DNA of 64,000 nucleotides from an uncultured Solirubrobacteraceae bacterium (GCA_963726825.1 CAVSDT010000002.1:613341-677340); one strand, 5' to 3'. Shown: positions 39,626-47,795, numbered from the stretch's first letter. A program made the numbers and translations. The notes: generated by a model from the letters alone, not told the origin.

Positions 39626-40210
39626 TCAGCGCCGGCCGACGCGCTCCTCAGCGGTGATCGCGTAGCGCTCGTGGTCGCGCCAGCGGCCGCCGATCAGCAG
39701 ATAGCGGGGGGAGAAGCCCTCCAGGCGGAAGCCGGCGCCGCGCGCGAGAGCCGACGAGGGGACGTTGCCGGGCTGGATGTTGGCCTCGAGCCGATGGAGC
39801 GCCAGCGGCCCGAAGGCGTGGTCGAGCACGAGCTGCAAGGCGGCGCCCATGTAGCCGCGGTTGGCGTGCGCCGCGTGCCCGTAGTAGCCGAGGTAGGCGC
39901 TCTGGAACGCGCCGCGGAAGATCTGGGAGATGGTGAACACGCCCGCGATCGCGTCGTCCTCGGCGCGGCAGGCGAGCAGGGTCACGACGTCCTCCCGGCG
40001 CGCGCGGGCGACGAGGTCGTCGAACTGGTCGCGGCGCTCGGGCGGGTACACCCACGGGTGATGGAGCTCGCGCGACGCGCGCACGAGCTCGAGGAACTCG
40101 TCGCGATCGGCGTAGTCGATCTCGCGCAGGGCGACGGTGCCCTCCGTCGCCAAGCGTCGGTCGGGGCCCTGGTCCGGACGGTTGGCGGCGCGGCGAACCC
40201 GGTCGAGCAT
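39626..40210 (-). CDS. GNAT family N-acetyltransferase (RimJ-like)
   Basis: The ATG at 40210 lies within ORF 39626..40447. Features are VALREIDYADRDEFLELV, LGYYGHAAHANRGYMGAALQLVLDHAF and HRLEANIQPGNVPSSALARGAGF. Confidence 0.8.
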   Translation of the reverse strand: MLDRVRRAANRPDQGPDRRLATEGTVALREIDYADRDEFLELVRASRELHHPWVYPPERRDQFDDLVARARREDVVTLLACRAEDDAIAGVFTISQIFRGAFQSAYLGYYGHAAHANRGYMGAALQLVLDHAFGPLALHRLEANIQPGNVPSSALARGAGFRLEGFSPRYLLIGGRWRDHERYAITAEERVGRR

Positions 40211-40907
40211 CGACGGGGAACGGTACTCCGCGGGCGGGCGTGGGGGCGCGTCAGATCGCGGGCTCGCCCGGGCGCTCGTCGCGGCGCGCGCGCACGGCGG
40301 CGCCGAGCACGAGGACGGCGGCGACGGCCTGCAGCGCGAGCACCCGGCCTGCGAACGCCGCGAGGGTGTCCGCGCTCGCGAGCACGAACGGCTCGGCCGC
40401 CGCGACGACCAACAGCCCGAGGACGAACCTGCGCCGGTGCAGCCCAAGGAGGAACTGCACGGCGACGTACGCGGCCGCGAGCAGCGCGAAGGCCGCGCCG
40501 AGCGGCAGCAGGACGTCGGCGCCCGAGGTGTACTCCTCCCCGAACGCGAGGCGCAGGATGGTCGACGGGACGAACGCGAACAGCGCCAGGGCGGGGACGG
40601 TGAGGATCCCGATCAGCGCGAGCGCCCGCCACAGGACACCACGCGGATCGCGTCCGGCAGCGGCCTGGCGCGTCGTCTCCGGAAGCACCCACAGCCCGAC
40701 GCCCACGGCGATCCACACGATCGCCTTCGCCGCGACGGTGGTGGCGGCGTAGACCCCGGCAGGGTCGGCGGCGAGCGCCCGGCGGGCCATGATCACGTCC
40801 ACGTTCTGCAGCGCGGCGACGAGGATCAGCCCCGCGATCGGCACGGCAGCGGTCCGCGCGACGGTGCGCAGATGCCGCTCAGGGGCCAGTTCGCCGCCCT
40901 CCGCCCG

Positions 40908-40956
40908 GGGGTGGCGGAGGTTGACCGCATCGGATCCGGTCAACCTCCGCCACCCC
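40908..40956. repeat. Perfect palindrome (20-bp arms, 9-nt spacer) inside the split flippase gene
   Basis: ggggtggcggaggttgaccg-catcggatc-cggtcaacctccgccacccc. All 20 arm positions pair, checked base by base. No second copy occurs in this window. Confidence 0.9.
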
Positions 40957-40961
40957 AGGGC

Positions 40962-41036
40962 GGGGACGGCCTGGGTGGGGACGGCTTGGGCGGGGACGGC
41001 TTGGGTGGGGACGGCTTGGGTGGGGACGGCTTGGGG
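40962..41036. repeat. 15-bp tandem repeat x5 (ggggacggcttgggt) encoding (SRPHP)n in the flippase loop
   Basis: The units are at 40962, 40977, 40992, 41007 and 41022, with 0-2 substitutions each. On the minus-strand coding frame they read PSRPHPSRPHPSRPRPSRPHPGRPRP. Confidence 0.9.
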
Positions 41037-41743
41037 CGGGGGCCGGACCGAGCCGTCGCGCGAGCACCGCCGCGAGGACCAGCGCGATCAGGCCGTAGGC
41101 CAGCCCGAGGCCGAGGTAGGCGCCGGTGACCCCGAGGCCCACGGCCGCCAGCACCAGCGCGACGAGGATCCGGCCGACGCCCTCCGCCGCCAGCGACGCG
41201 GCCACCCCCTTGTAGGCGCCCGCCGAGAGCAGCAGCCCGCGCTGCACGCAGACGAGCAGCCACAGGGTCGCGGTGGCCGGGACGGCCGCCGCCCCCCAGG
41301 TCTCGTCGACGTTGACGAGGCCGGCGAGCGGCTCGCGCAGGACCGCGGCGACCACGGACACGGCCAGCAGCAGCCCGAGCAGGCGCGTCGTCCAGCGCCG
41401 CAGGGTCGCCGCCAGCTCGGGGCCGCCGCCGAGCCGCCCGAGCGTCCCCCGCCGCGCGACCGCGACCTGGAGCGCGGAGCCCGGCACGAGCATGATCACC
41501 GTGAAGTTCGTCAGGGCGGCCAGCGCGCCGTAGCCGTCCGTCCCGAGCACCCGGGTGAAGACGACGGTGAAGACGATCGCCGCCCCCTGCTGGACGATCG
41601 TCGCCACGGCGAGCAACGCCGCGGCGGCGCTCTCTGATCGGCGCAGCGCCGCGAGGCGTGCGCGCGGTGGCACGGACGCCTCCATGCCGGCGAAGGTAGT
41701 GACCCGGCCCATCCAGCCGGGTTCGGCCCTAGGGTTCGCAGCG

Positions 41744-42130
41744 ATGCTCCCGACGGTCCGCCGGATGGCCCTCACGGGGTCGCTGCTCCTTGCGCTCGCC
41801 GCCCCCGCGGGCGCCGGCGCCCAGGGCATCGCGGACGTGCCGCCGCTCTCGGCCGACCCGCCGGCGGGTTTCGGCCCGAAGCCGAAGCCGACGCCGACGG
41901 CCACGCCCAGCCCGACGCCCACGCCAACCGCCACCGCCACCGCCACGCCCACCGCCACCCCCGAGCCGACGGCGACGCCCACCGCCACCGCCCGCCCGGG
42001 CTCCGCCCGTGTCCGGCACCTGCCCACCACGGGCACGGACGCGGGCGCGCTCGCCCTCGCCGGCATCAGCCTGCTCGCCTTCGGCGCCAGCCTCCGCCTC
42101 CAGCTGGCCCTGCGCGATGGGCGCGTCTGA
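41744..42130 (+). CDS. Small secreted Thr/Pro-rich protein with an LPXTG-type sortase anchor (LPTTG)
   Basis: The ATG at 41744 lies within ORF 41555..42130. It has a signal peptide (MLPTVRRMALTGSLLLALAAPAGAGAQG) and a (T/P/A)-rich core (KPKPTPTATPSPTPTPTATATATPTATPEPTATPTATA). The sorting signal is LPTTG plus a hydrophobic span (AGALALAGISLLAFGASL) plus a basic tail. Confidence 0.75.
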   Translation: MLPTVRRMALTGSLLLALAAPAGAGAQGIADVPPLSADPPAGFGPKPKPTPTATPSPTPTPTATATATPTATPEPTATPTATARPGSARVRHLPTTGTDAGALALAGISLLAFGASLRLQLALRDGRV

Positions 42131-42557
42131 CGCGCGCAGGACCGCCTCGGGGGCCGAGACGGAGGCCCTCGGCGCCGAGCTCGCGGCCACGCTGCGCCCC
42201 GGCGACGTCGTGCTCGTCTCGGGCGAGCTGGGCGCCGGCAAGACGACCTTCGTGCGCGGTGCGCTCCGGGCGCTCGGCGTCGCCGGCCCGGTCACCAGCC
42301 CGACCTTCGTCGTCGGCGTGCTCCACGACGGCGACGCCGGGCCCGTCGCGCACCTCGACCTCTACCGCCTCGGCGGGCTGGCCGACGAGGACCCCGGCCT
42401 GCTGGATCCCTACTTCCAGCCGGACACCATCTCCTTCGTCGAATGGCCGGAGCAGGCCGAGACGGAGGCGCTCGCCGCCGGCGGCCGCCCCGTGCGCACG
42501 CACGTGACCCTCGCCCACGCGGGCGGGGACGCCCGGGAGATCACGTGGTCGTCCTAG
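42117..42557 (+). CDS. tsaE: tRNA t6A37 biosynthesis ATPase TsaE
   Basis: The ATG at 42117 lies within ORF 41790..42557 and overlaps the upstream gene by 14 nt. Features are GELGAGKTTFVRG, SPTFV, HLDLYRL and VEWPE. Confidence 0.9.
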   Translation: MGASDARRTASGAETEALGAELAATLRPGDVVLVSGELGAGKTTFVRGALRALGVAGPVTSPTFVVGVLHDGDAGPVAHLDLYRLGGLADEDPGLLDPYFQPDTISFVEWPEQAETEALAAGGRPVRTHVTLAHAGGDAREITWSS

Positions 42558-43225
42558 GCCTGGACACCGCGACGGCCGCCGCGTCGGCCGCCGTGCTGAC
42601 GGACGACGGCACGGCGGTCGAGCGCCGCCACGACCCCGCCCCCGGCGAGCGCCCCGGCCACTCCGCCCGCCTGCTGGAGCTGGCCGAGGCGGCGCTGGAG
42701 GCCGCGGGCGTGGGGTGGGACGGCGTCGGCCGGATCGCCGTGGGCATCGGTCCCGGCGGCTTCACCGGCCTGCGCATCGGCCTCGCCACCGCCCGCGGCC
42801 TTGCGCAGGGCCGCGGCATCGAGCTCGTCGGCGTGTCGTCGCTGGCGGCGCTCGCGTTGCCCGCCCTGCGCCCCGGCGCCACCGTCCTCGGCGTCATCGA
42901 CGCCCGCCGCGGCGAGGCCTTCGCCGCCGCCTACGGCCCCAGCGGGTCCGAGCTGCAGGAGGCCGCCGCGCGCAAGCCCGAGGCGCTCGCCGAGCTCGTC
43001 GCCGGCCTGGGCACCGGCGTGCGGGCGGTGGGAGACGGCGCGGTAGCCTTCAGGGCCGTGCTGGAGGCGGCCGGAGCGCACGTCGCACCCGACGCCGACG
43101 CGGCGCACCGACTCACCGCGACCGCCGTCTGCCGGCTCGGTCGCGACGCTGCCGCCCCCGTCGGCGCGGCCCCCTTGCCCGACTACCGGCGCGACCCCGA
43201 CGCCGTCGCCCGCAGGACCCCGTGA
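42545..43225 (+). CDS. tsaB: tRNA t6A37 biosynthesis protein TsaB
   Basis: The GTG at 42545 lies within ORF 42443..43225. Features are VLGLDTATAA and IAVGIGPGGFTGLRIGLATARGLA. Confidence 0.9.
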   Translation: MVVLGLDTATAAASAAVLTDDGTAVERRHDPAPGERPGHSARLLELAEAALEAAGVGWDGVGRIAVGIGPGGFTGLRIGLATARGLAQGRGIELVGVSSLAALALPALRPGATVLGVIDARRGEAFAAAYGPSGSELQEAAARKPEALAELVAGLGTGVRAVGDGAVAFRAVLEAAGAHVAPDADAAHRLTATAVCRLGRDAAAPVGAAPLPDYRRDPDAVARRTP

Positions 43226-43310
43226 CCGCGACCCGCCGCCGCTGCGACGCCGCCGCGCCCGAGACCCCGTGACCGCGATCCGCCGCATCACCTACGCCGA
43301 CCTCCCGCAG
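43217..43310 (+). repeat. Diverged 47-bp tandem duplication of the tsaB/rimI junction
   Basis: accccGTGAccgcgaCccgccgc (43217-43239) recurs as accccGTGAccgcgaTccgccgc (43264-43286), 22/23 identical. The following 24 nt match at 14/24. Each copy carries a GTGA start/stop overlap. Confidence 0.7.
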
Positions 43311-43766
43311 GTCGTCGCGATCGAGCGCCGCGCCTTCCCCGCGCCGTGGTCGCTGGCGATGTTCGTGCTCGAGCTCGGCAAGCCGGGCGGCGTCTCGATC
43401 GCCGCCGTCGACGCGGAGGACCGGCTCCTCGGCTACTGCATCTGCTCGCGCGTCTACGACGTCTGGCACCTGATGGACCTCGCCACCGACCCCGACCGGC
43501 GCCGCGAGGGGATCGCGTCCGCGCTCGTCCAGGGCCTGATCGAGCGGCTGCCCGCCCCGGACGCCCCCATCACGCTGGAGGTGCGGCGCTCCAACGTCGG
43601 TGCCCAGCGGCTCTATGCGTCCTTCGCCTTCAAGGCCGCCGGCGTGCGGCGCCGCTACTACGCCGACAACGCCGAGGACGCCGTGATCATGTGGCGCACC
43701 CCGGGGACCCTTCGGGGCGCCCTCGACGACGTGCCCGCCGCCGACCCCGGGGTGGGTCTGCGGTGA
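43269..43766 (+). CDS. rimI: Ribosomal-protein-alanine N-acetyltransferase RimI
   Basis: 165-aa ORF with a GTG start. Features are VVAIERRAFPAPWS, RRREGIASALV and NVGAQRLYASFAF. It lies between tsaB and tsaD, as in many bacteria. Confidence 0.9.
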   Translation: MTAIRRITYADLPQVVAIERRAFPAPWSLAMFVLELGKPGGVSIAAVDAEDRLLGYCICSRVYDVWHLMDLATDPDRRREGIASALVQGLIERLPAPDAPITLEVRRSNVGAQRLYASFAFKAAGVRRRYYADNAEDAVIMWRTPGTLRGALDDVPAADPGVGLR

Positions 43767-44758
43767 TCCTCGCGATCGAGACCTCCTGCGACGACACCTG
43801 CGCGGCCGTCGTCACCATGGACGGGCGGATCCTGTCCAACGTCATCTCCTCCCAGGGCGTCCACGACCGCTTCGGCGGCGTGGTCCCCGAGATCGCCTCC
43901 CGCCACCACCTCGAGCTCGTCAACGCCGTCGTCGACGACGCGCTGCAGACGGCCGGGGCCACCCTCGCCGACCTCGACCGGATCGCGGTGACGCAGGGTC
44001 CCGGCCTCGTCGGCGCCCTGCTCGTCGGCGTCGCGACGGCGAAGGCGCTCGCCGCGGCCCGGCGACTGCCGCTCGCCCCCGTCGACCACCTGCAGGGCCA
44101 CGTCGCCGCCAACTACCTCCACACGGACGCCGGCGCCCCGTTCGAGCCGCCGTTTCTGTGCCTGATCGCCTCCGGCGGCCACACCCTGCTGCGCCGGGTC
44201 GACGACCACGCGACGTCGGTGACCCTCGGCCGCACGCTCGACGACGCCGCCGGCGAGGCGTTCGACAAGGGCGCGCGGCTGCTCGGCCTCGGCTATCCCG
44301 GCGGTCCGGCGCTGTCGAAGCTCGCCCAGGCCGGCGACCCGCACGCGTTCGCGTTCCCCACCGGCGCGAAGGTCAAGGGCCTGGACTCCTCCTTCGCCGG
44401 CCTCAAGACCGCGCTGCTGTACGCGACGCGCGACCTGGGGGAGGACGGCACCCGTGAGCGCGCCGCCGATCTCGCCGCCTCCTTCGAGCACGCGATCGTG
44501 GACGCGCTGATGATCCGCGTCCGCCGCGGGATCGAGGTCACCGGGCTCGACCGGGTCGCCATCGGCGGCGGCGTGGCGGCCAACCGGCTGCTGCGCGAGC
44601 GCGTCGCGGCGCTCGGCGCCGAGGTCCACATCCCGCCGACCGCGCTGTGCACCGACAACGCGGCGATGATCGGGTCGGCCGCGCGCTGGGTGGCGCCCGT
44701 CGCGTTCCCCGGCTACCTGGACCTGGACGCGTACGCGACCCGCCGGTCGGCGGCGTGA
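43763..44758 (+). CDS. tsaD: tRNA N6-adenosine threonylcarbamoyltransferase TsaD
   Basis: The GTG at 43763 overlaps the rimI stop (GTGA). Features are ILAIETSCDDT, VPEIASRHH, VTQGPGLVGALLVG and HLQGH. Confidence 0.95.
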   Translation: MILAIETSCDDTCAAVVTMDGRILSNVISSQGVHDRFGGVVPEIASRHHLELVNAVVDDALQTAGATLADLDRIAVTQGPGLVGALLVGVATAKALAAARRLPLAPVDHLQGHVAANYLHTDAGAPFEPPFLCLIASGGHTLLRRVDDHATSVTLGRTLDDAAGEAFDKGARLLGLGYPGGPALSKLAQAGDPHAFAFPTGAKVKGLDSSFAGLKTALLYATRDLGEDGTRERAADLAASFEHAIVDALMIRVRRGIEVTGLDRVAIGGGVAANRLLRERVAALGAEVHIPPTALCTDNAAMIGSAARWVAPVAFPGYLDLDAYATRRSAA

Positions 44759-46872
44759 GCCGCGCGCTCACCCGCCTGCGCGTCCTGTGGGCGCGCGCCC
44801 GGCGGCTGCCCCGGCACGTGCAGGGGATCGCGCTCGCGTTCGTCGTGGTGATCGGCGCCCTGCTCGCGGCGTTCCTCGCCGCCGGCGGGGGACCGCTGGG
44901 CGGCGTGCGCGACTTCGACGCCGCCCGGGCGAGCCCCGACCCCTACGACGGGCGCTCGCCGTCGCTGCCGGCCGCGGCGCGCGAGCGGGTGCTGGTGCAG
45001 CTCCCGCGGCCGCCCCTCGGGGCGCTCGACGGCGCGCGGGGGATGAGCGCGCGCGAGCAGCGCGCCTACGTCGCGTCGCTGCAGGACGAGGAGGACGCGC
45101 TGATCTCCGCCCTCGATGCGCGCGGCGTCGAGCTCGCAGACGTCGTGAGCTTCACGCGCGCGTGGCACGGCTTCGCCGCCACGGTCAGCGCCGGGGACCG
45201 CCCGCGCCTGGAGAGCCTCGGCGTGCGCGTGCGGCCGAACCGGCGCCTGTTCCCCCAGCTGTCGGAGCCGTTGACCGTCTCGCCCGAGACGGTCGCCCCG
45301 GCCGCGCCGGCGCGCGGGGCGCCGACCGTCGCGCTGCTCGCCGGGGGCGTCGCGGGCGCCGGCGGCTACGACGCGATCGGCCGGGACCGGGACCCGCGCG
45401 GGGCGCGCGAGGAGGTCGGGGGTGAGCCGCTCGCGGCCCTGCTGCGCGCCGAGGGCGTGCGCGTGCGGCCGATCCGCGTCGCCGGCGTGCGACGCATCTC
45501 CGAGCTCGTCGGCAGCGAGGAGCTGGGGACCACGGACGAGCTCCTCGACGGGCTCGAGCACGCGCTGGACCCCGACGGCGACGGGGCGACGGACGATCGC
45601 GACGCCGTGGCGGTGATCGGCGTCTCCGCGCCGTACGCGGGCTTCGCCGACGCCCCCGAGGCGCAGGCCGTCCGCGGCGCCCGGCGGCTCGGGACGCTCG
45701 TGGTCGCCTCCGCCGGGGCCGAGGGCCCCGCGGCGCCCGGGTCGAGCACCACCGGGTCCCCGGGGGCGGCGGGCGCGGCCCTCACCGCGGGGCCGCTGAT
45801 CGAGCCGGATGCGGTCGTGCGCACGACGCTGACCGTCGGCGACGTGCGGGTCGAGGGTGCGGCCGTCCTCGGCCGCGGGACCCTCCGCCGCCCCCTGCGC
45901 ACCGCGGCGCGCCCGGTCGAGGCGACGACGGCCGCGACGCTGCTCGGCGGCGGTCAGCCGCCCCTGCAGGGCCGGCTGGCGATCGTCCGAGCCGGGGCCA
46001 ACCCCGCGGCCCAGGCCGCCGCGGCGGCCGCCGCCGGGGCCGGAGCGGTCGTCCTTGCGCGCCCGGACGGGCACCCGCTCGCGGCCATGCCCGCCGGCCG
46101 CGTGCCCGTGCCGGTCCTCGGCGTCACGGGGGAGGGGGCGTCGGCGCTGCTCGACGTCGACGGGGACGAGCCGGCCCGCACCGCGGGCCTGCGGCCGCCG
46201 GACGCCCGCGAGGGCGTGCCCTTCGGCGCCGGGCGCTCGCCGTTCACCTCGGTGCCGTCAACCTTCGCCGGGCGGGTCGTGCCGCGGCTGCTGCGGCCGG
46301 GCAGCGTCCTCGTGGGCGGCCGGCTCGTGTCGGGCGGGGCGGTCGCCGCGGCGGTGCTCGGGGCGGAGGCCGCGAAGCTGACCGGCTCGGCCGATGCCCG
46401 GGCACGGCGGCTCGAGGCGGCGGGCAACGGCCCGGCCCCCGTCCCGACGCGCACCCCGGGCGCCGGGGGGTCGCCGTCCCCGGGTGCCACCCCCGGCGCG
46501 ACACCCGCCACGCCCGCGGCCGGGCCCGTCGCCGTGGGCACCCCCGAGGTCGTCCGCCGCGACGGGGCCACGGGGGTCGCCTTCACCGTCGGGACCTTCG
46601 AGCGCGGCGATGCCGCCGCGGGCGGACGCACGACGGTCGTCCCGGCCGCCCGGCTCGTCCTGACCCTGGAGCGCGAGGGCGGCGGCCGCGTCGAGCGCCT
46701 CACGCCGACGGGCGGCGAGCGCGGCGTCCTCCCCGGCCAGTACGCCTACACGCTGCGCGCCGCCGTCGTCCGCCGCCTGGCCGCGGGGCGCTACGTGTTC
46801 CGGGTCCGGGCGAGCGCCCCCGGCCAGGCCACGCCCACCGACGCGGTCTCCACCGCCTTCGAGGCCGGATGA
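44755..46872 (+). CDS. Membrane-anchored subtilase-like (S8 + I9 propeptide + PA domain) protein, probably catalytically inactive
   Basis: The GTG at 44755 overlaps the tsaD stop (GTGA). It has an N-terminal TM span (IALAFVVVIGALLAAFLAAG) and an I9-like propeptide (FTRAWHGFAATVSAGDRPRLESLGVRVRPNRRLFP). S8-like blocks are LDGLEHALDPDGDG and LVVASAGAEGP..GSPGAAGAALTAG. A PA-like block is LQGRLAIVRAGANPAAQAAAAAAAGAGAVVLA. The expected D-T-G, H-G-T-H and N positions read LLAGG, GGEP and A. Confidence 0.6.
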   Translation: MSRALTRLRVLWARARRLPRHVQGIALAFVVVIGALLAAFLAAGGGPLGGVRDFDAARASPDPYDGRSPSLPAAARERVLVQLPRPPLGALDGARGMSAREQRAYVASLQDEEDALISALDARGVELADVVSFTRAWHGFAATVSAGDRPRLESLGVRVRPNRRLFPQLSEPLTVSPETVAPAAPARGAPTVALLAGGVAGAGGYDAIGRDRDPRGAREEVGGEPLAALLRAEGVRVRPIRVAGVRRISELVGSEELGTTDELLDGLEHALDPDGDGATDDRDAVAVIGVSAPYAGFADAPEAQAVRGARRLGTLVVASAGAEGPAAPGSSTTGSPGAAGAALTAGPLIEPDAVVRTTLTVGDVRVEGAAVLGRGTLRRPLRTAARPVEATTAATLLGGGQPPLQGRLAIVRAGANPAAQAAAAAAAGAGAVVLARPDGHPLAAMPAGRVPVPVLGVTGEGASALLDVDGDEPARTAGLRPPDAREGVPFGAGRSPFTSVPSTFAGRVVPRLLRPGSVLVGGRLVSGGAVAAAVLGAEAAKLTGSADARARRLEAAGNGPAPVPTRTPGAGGSPSPGATPGATPATPAAGPVAVGTPEVVRRDGATGVAFTVGTFERGDAAAGGRTTVVPAARLVLTLEREGGGRVERLTPTGGERGVLPGQYAYTLRAAVVRRLAAGRYVFRVRASAPGQATPTDAVSTAFEAG

Positions 46873-47120
46873 GCCGCGTCACGCTGTACACGCGGCGCGG
46901 ATGCCACCTCTGTGACGAGGCCCACGCAGTGCTGCGGCGGCTGCGGCGTCAGGTCCCGTTCGAGCTGGAGCTGGTCGACATCGAGGCCGATGACGCCATG
47001 CATCGGCGCTACCTCGAGCGGATCCCGGTGGTCGCCCTCGACGGGGCCGAGCTCTACGACTTCCACGTCGACGCCGACGACCTGCGCGCACGCCTGGGTT
47101 CCGCCGCCGGGCCGTCGTAG
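46869..47120 (+). CDS. Glutaredoxin-like small thioredoxin-fold protein (DUF836 type)
   Basis: 83-aa ORF. The ATG overlaps the upstream stop (ATGA). The CxxC motif is in TLYTRRGCHLCDEA, and IPVVALDG follows. Confidence 0.8.
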   Translation: MSRVTLYTRRGCHLCDEAHAVLRRLRRQVPFELELVDIEADDAMHRRYLERIPVVALDGAELYDFHVDADDLRARLGSAAGPS

Positions 47121-47135
47121 GATCTGCGGGGCCCG

Positions 47136-47795
47136 ATGACGCTCGAGGATCTGATCCCCGCCGGCGACGGCGATCTGCCGGACCGGCTGTCGCTGGGCGT
47201 CGCCGCGCGCCTGTCGCGCTACCTGCAGGTGCTGACCCAGGCGCGCAAGATGGGCAAGGAGACGATCTCCTCCCAGGAGCTGTCGGACTACACCCACGTC
47301 AACTCGACGCAGATCCGTCGCGACCTGTCGGGCTTCGGCAAGTTCGGCAAGCGCGGGGTCGGCTACAACGTCGATTCGCTCGTGCAGCAGATCCGCAAGA
47401 TCCTGCGGTCCAGCGGCCAGCACAACATCGCGCTCTTCGGCGCCGGCCACCTCGGCAAGGCGATCGCCTCCTCCGACATCTTCGCCGACCACGGGTTCAA
47501 CGTCGTCGGCGTCTTCGACACCGATCGAAGCAAGGTGGGCGAGGCCGTCGGCACCACGCAGGTCCGCCACCTCGACGACCTCGACGCCATGATCGTCGAC
47601 GAGGACATCGTCGTCGGGGTCATCGCCGTCCCCACGGCGGCCGCACAGGCCCTGGCCGATCACCTGGTCGACCGGGGCATCAAGATCATCTTCAACTACT
47701 CCGAGGCGCTTCTGCAGGTCCCGCCGGAGGTGACGGTGCACACCTCGAGCCCGGCCGTCGACCTGCTGTACGCGCTGTACTTCTACCTGACGTGA
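47136..47795 (+). CDS. rex: Redox-sensing transcriptional repressor Rex
   Basis: 219-aa ORF. The winged-helix part is LSRYLQVLTQARKMGKETISSQELSDYTHVNSTQIRRDLSGFGKFGKRGVGY. The Rossmann part is IALFGAGHLGKAIA. Confidence 0.95.
   Translation: MTLEDLIPAGDGDLPDRLSLGVAARLSRYLQVLTQARKMGKETISSQELSDYTHVNSTQIRRDLSGFGKFGKRGVGYNVDSLVQQIRKILRSSGQHNIALFGAGHLGKAIASSDIFADHGFNVVGVFDTDRSKVGEAVGTTQVRHLDDLDAMIVDEDIVVGVIAVPTAAAQALADHLVDRGIKIIFNYSEALLQVPPEVTVHTSSPAVDLLYALYFYLT

Larger units (their letters stand above)
40251..41685 (-). pseudogene. MOP/Wzx-type flippase split into two frames (disrupted gene or split protein)
   Basis: The N-terminal half of about 6 TM spans is in ORF 40879..42066, from ATG 41685 or 41712 (..VFTRVLGTDGYGALAALTNFTVIM..). 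The C-terminal half of about 6 TM spans is in ORF 40251..40943, in the +1 frame (..LRTVARTAAVPIAGLILVAALQNVDVIMARRAL..). The frame change occurs between 41040 and 40880, where a 15-bp tandem repeat and a 49-nt palindrome sit. Confidence 0.65.

Noticed and set aside
40908-40956. The 49-nt palindrome as an ordinary intrinsic terminator.
   Set aside because: It lies between the two halves of one recognisable flippase gene. It has no U-tract on either strand, and no gene ends upstream of it in the correct frame context.
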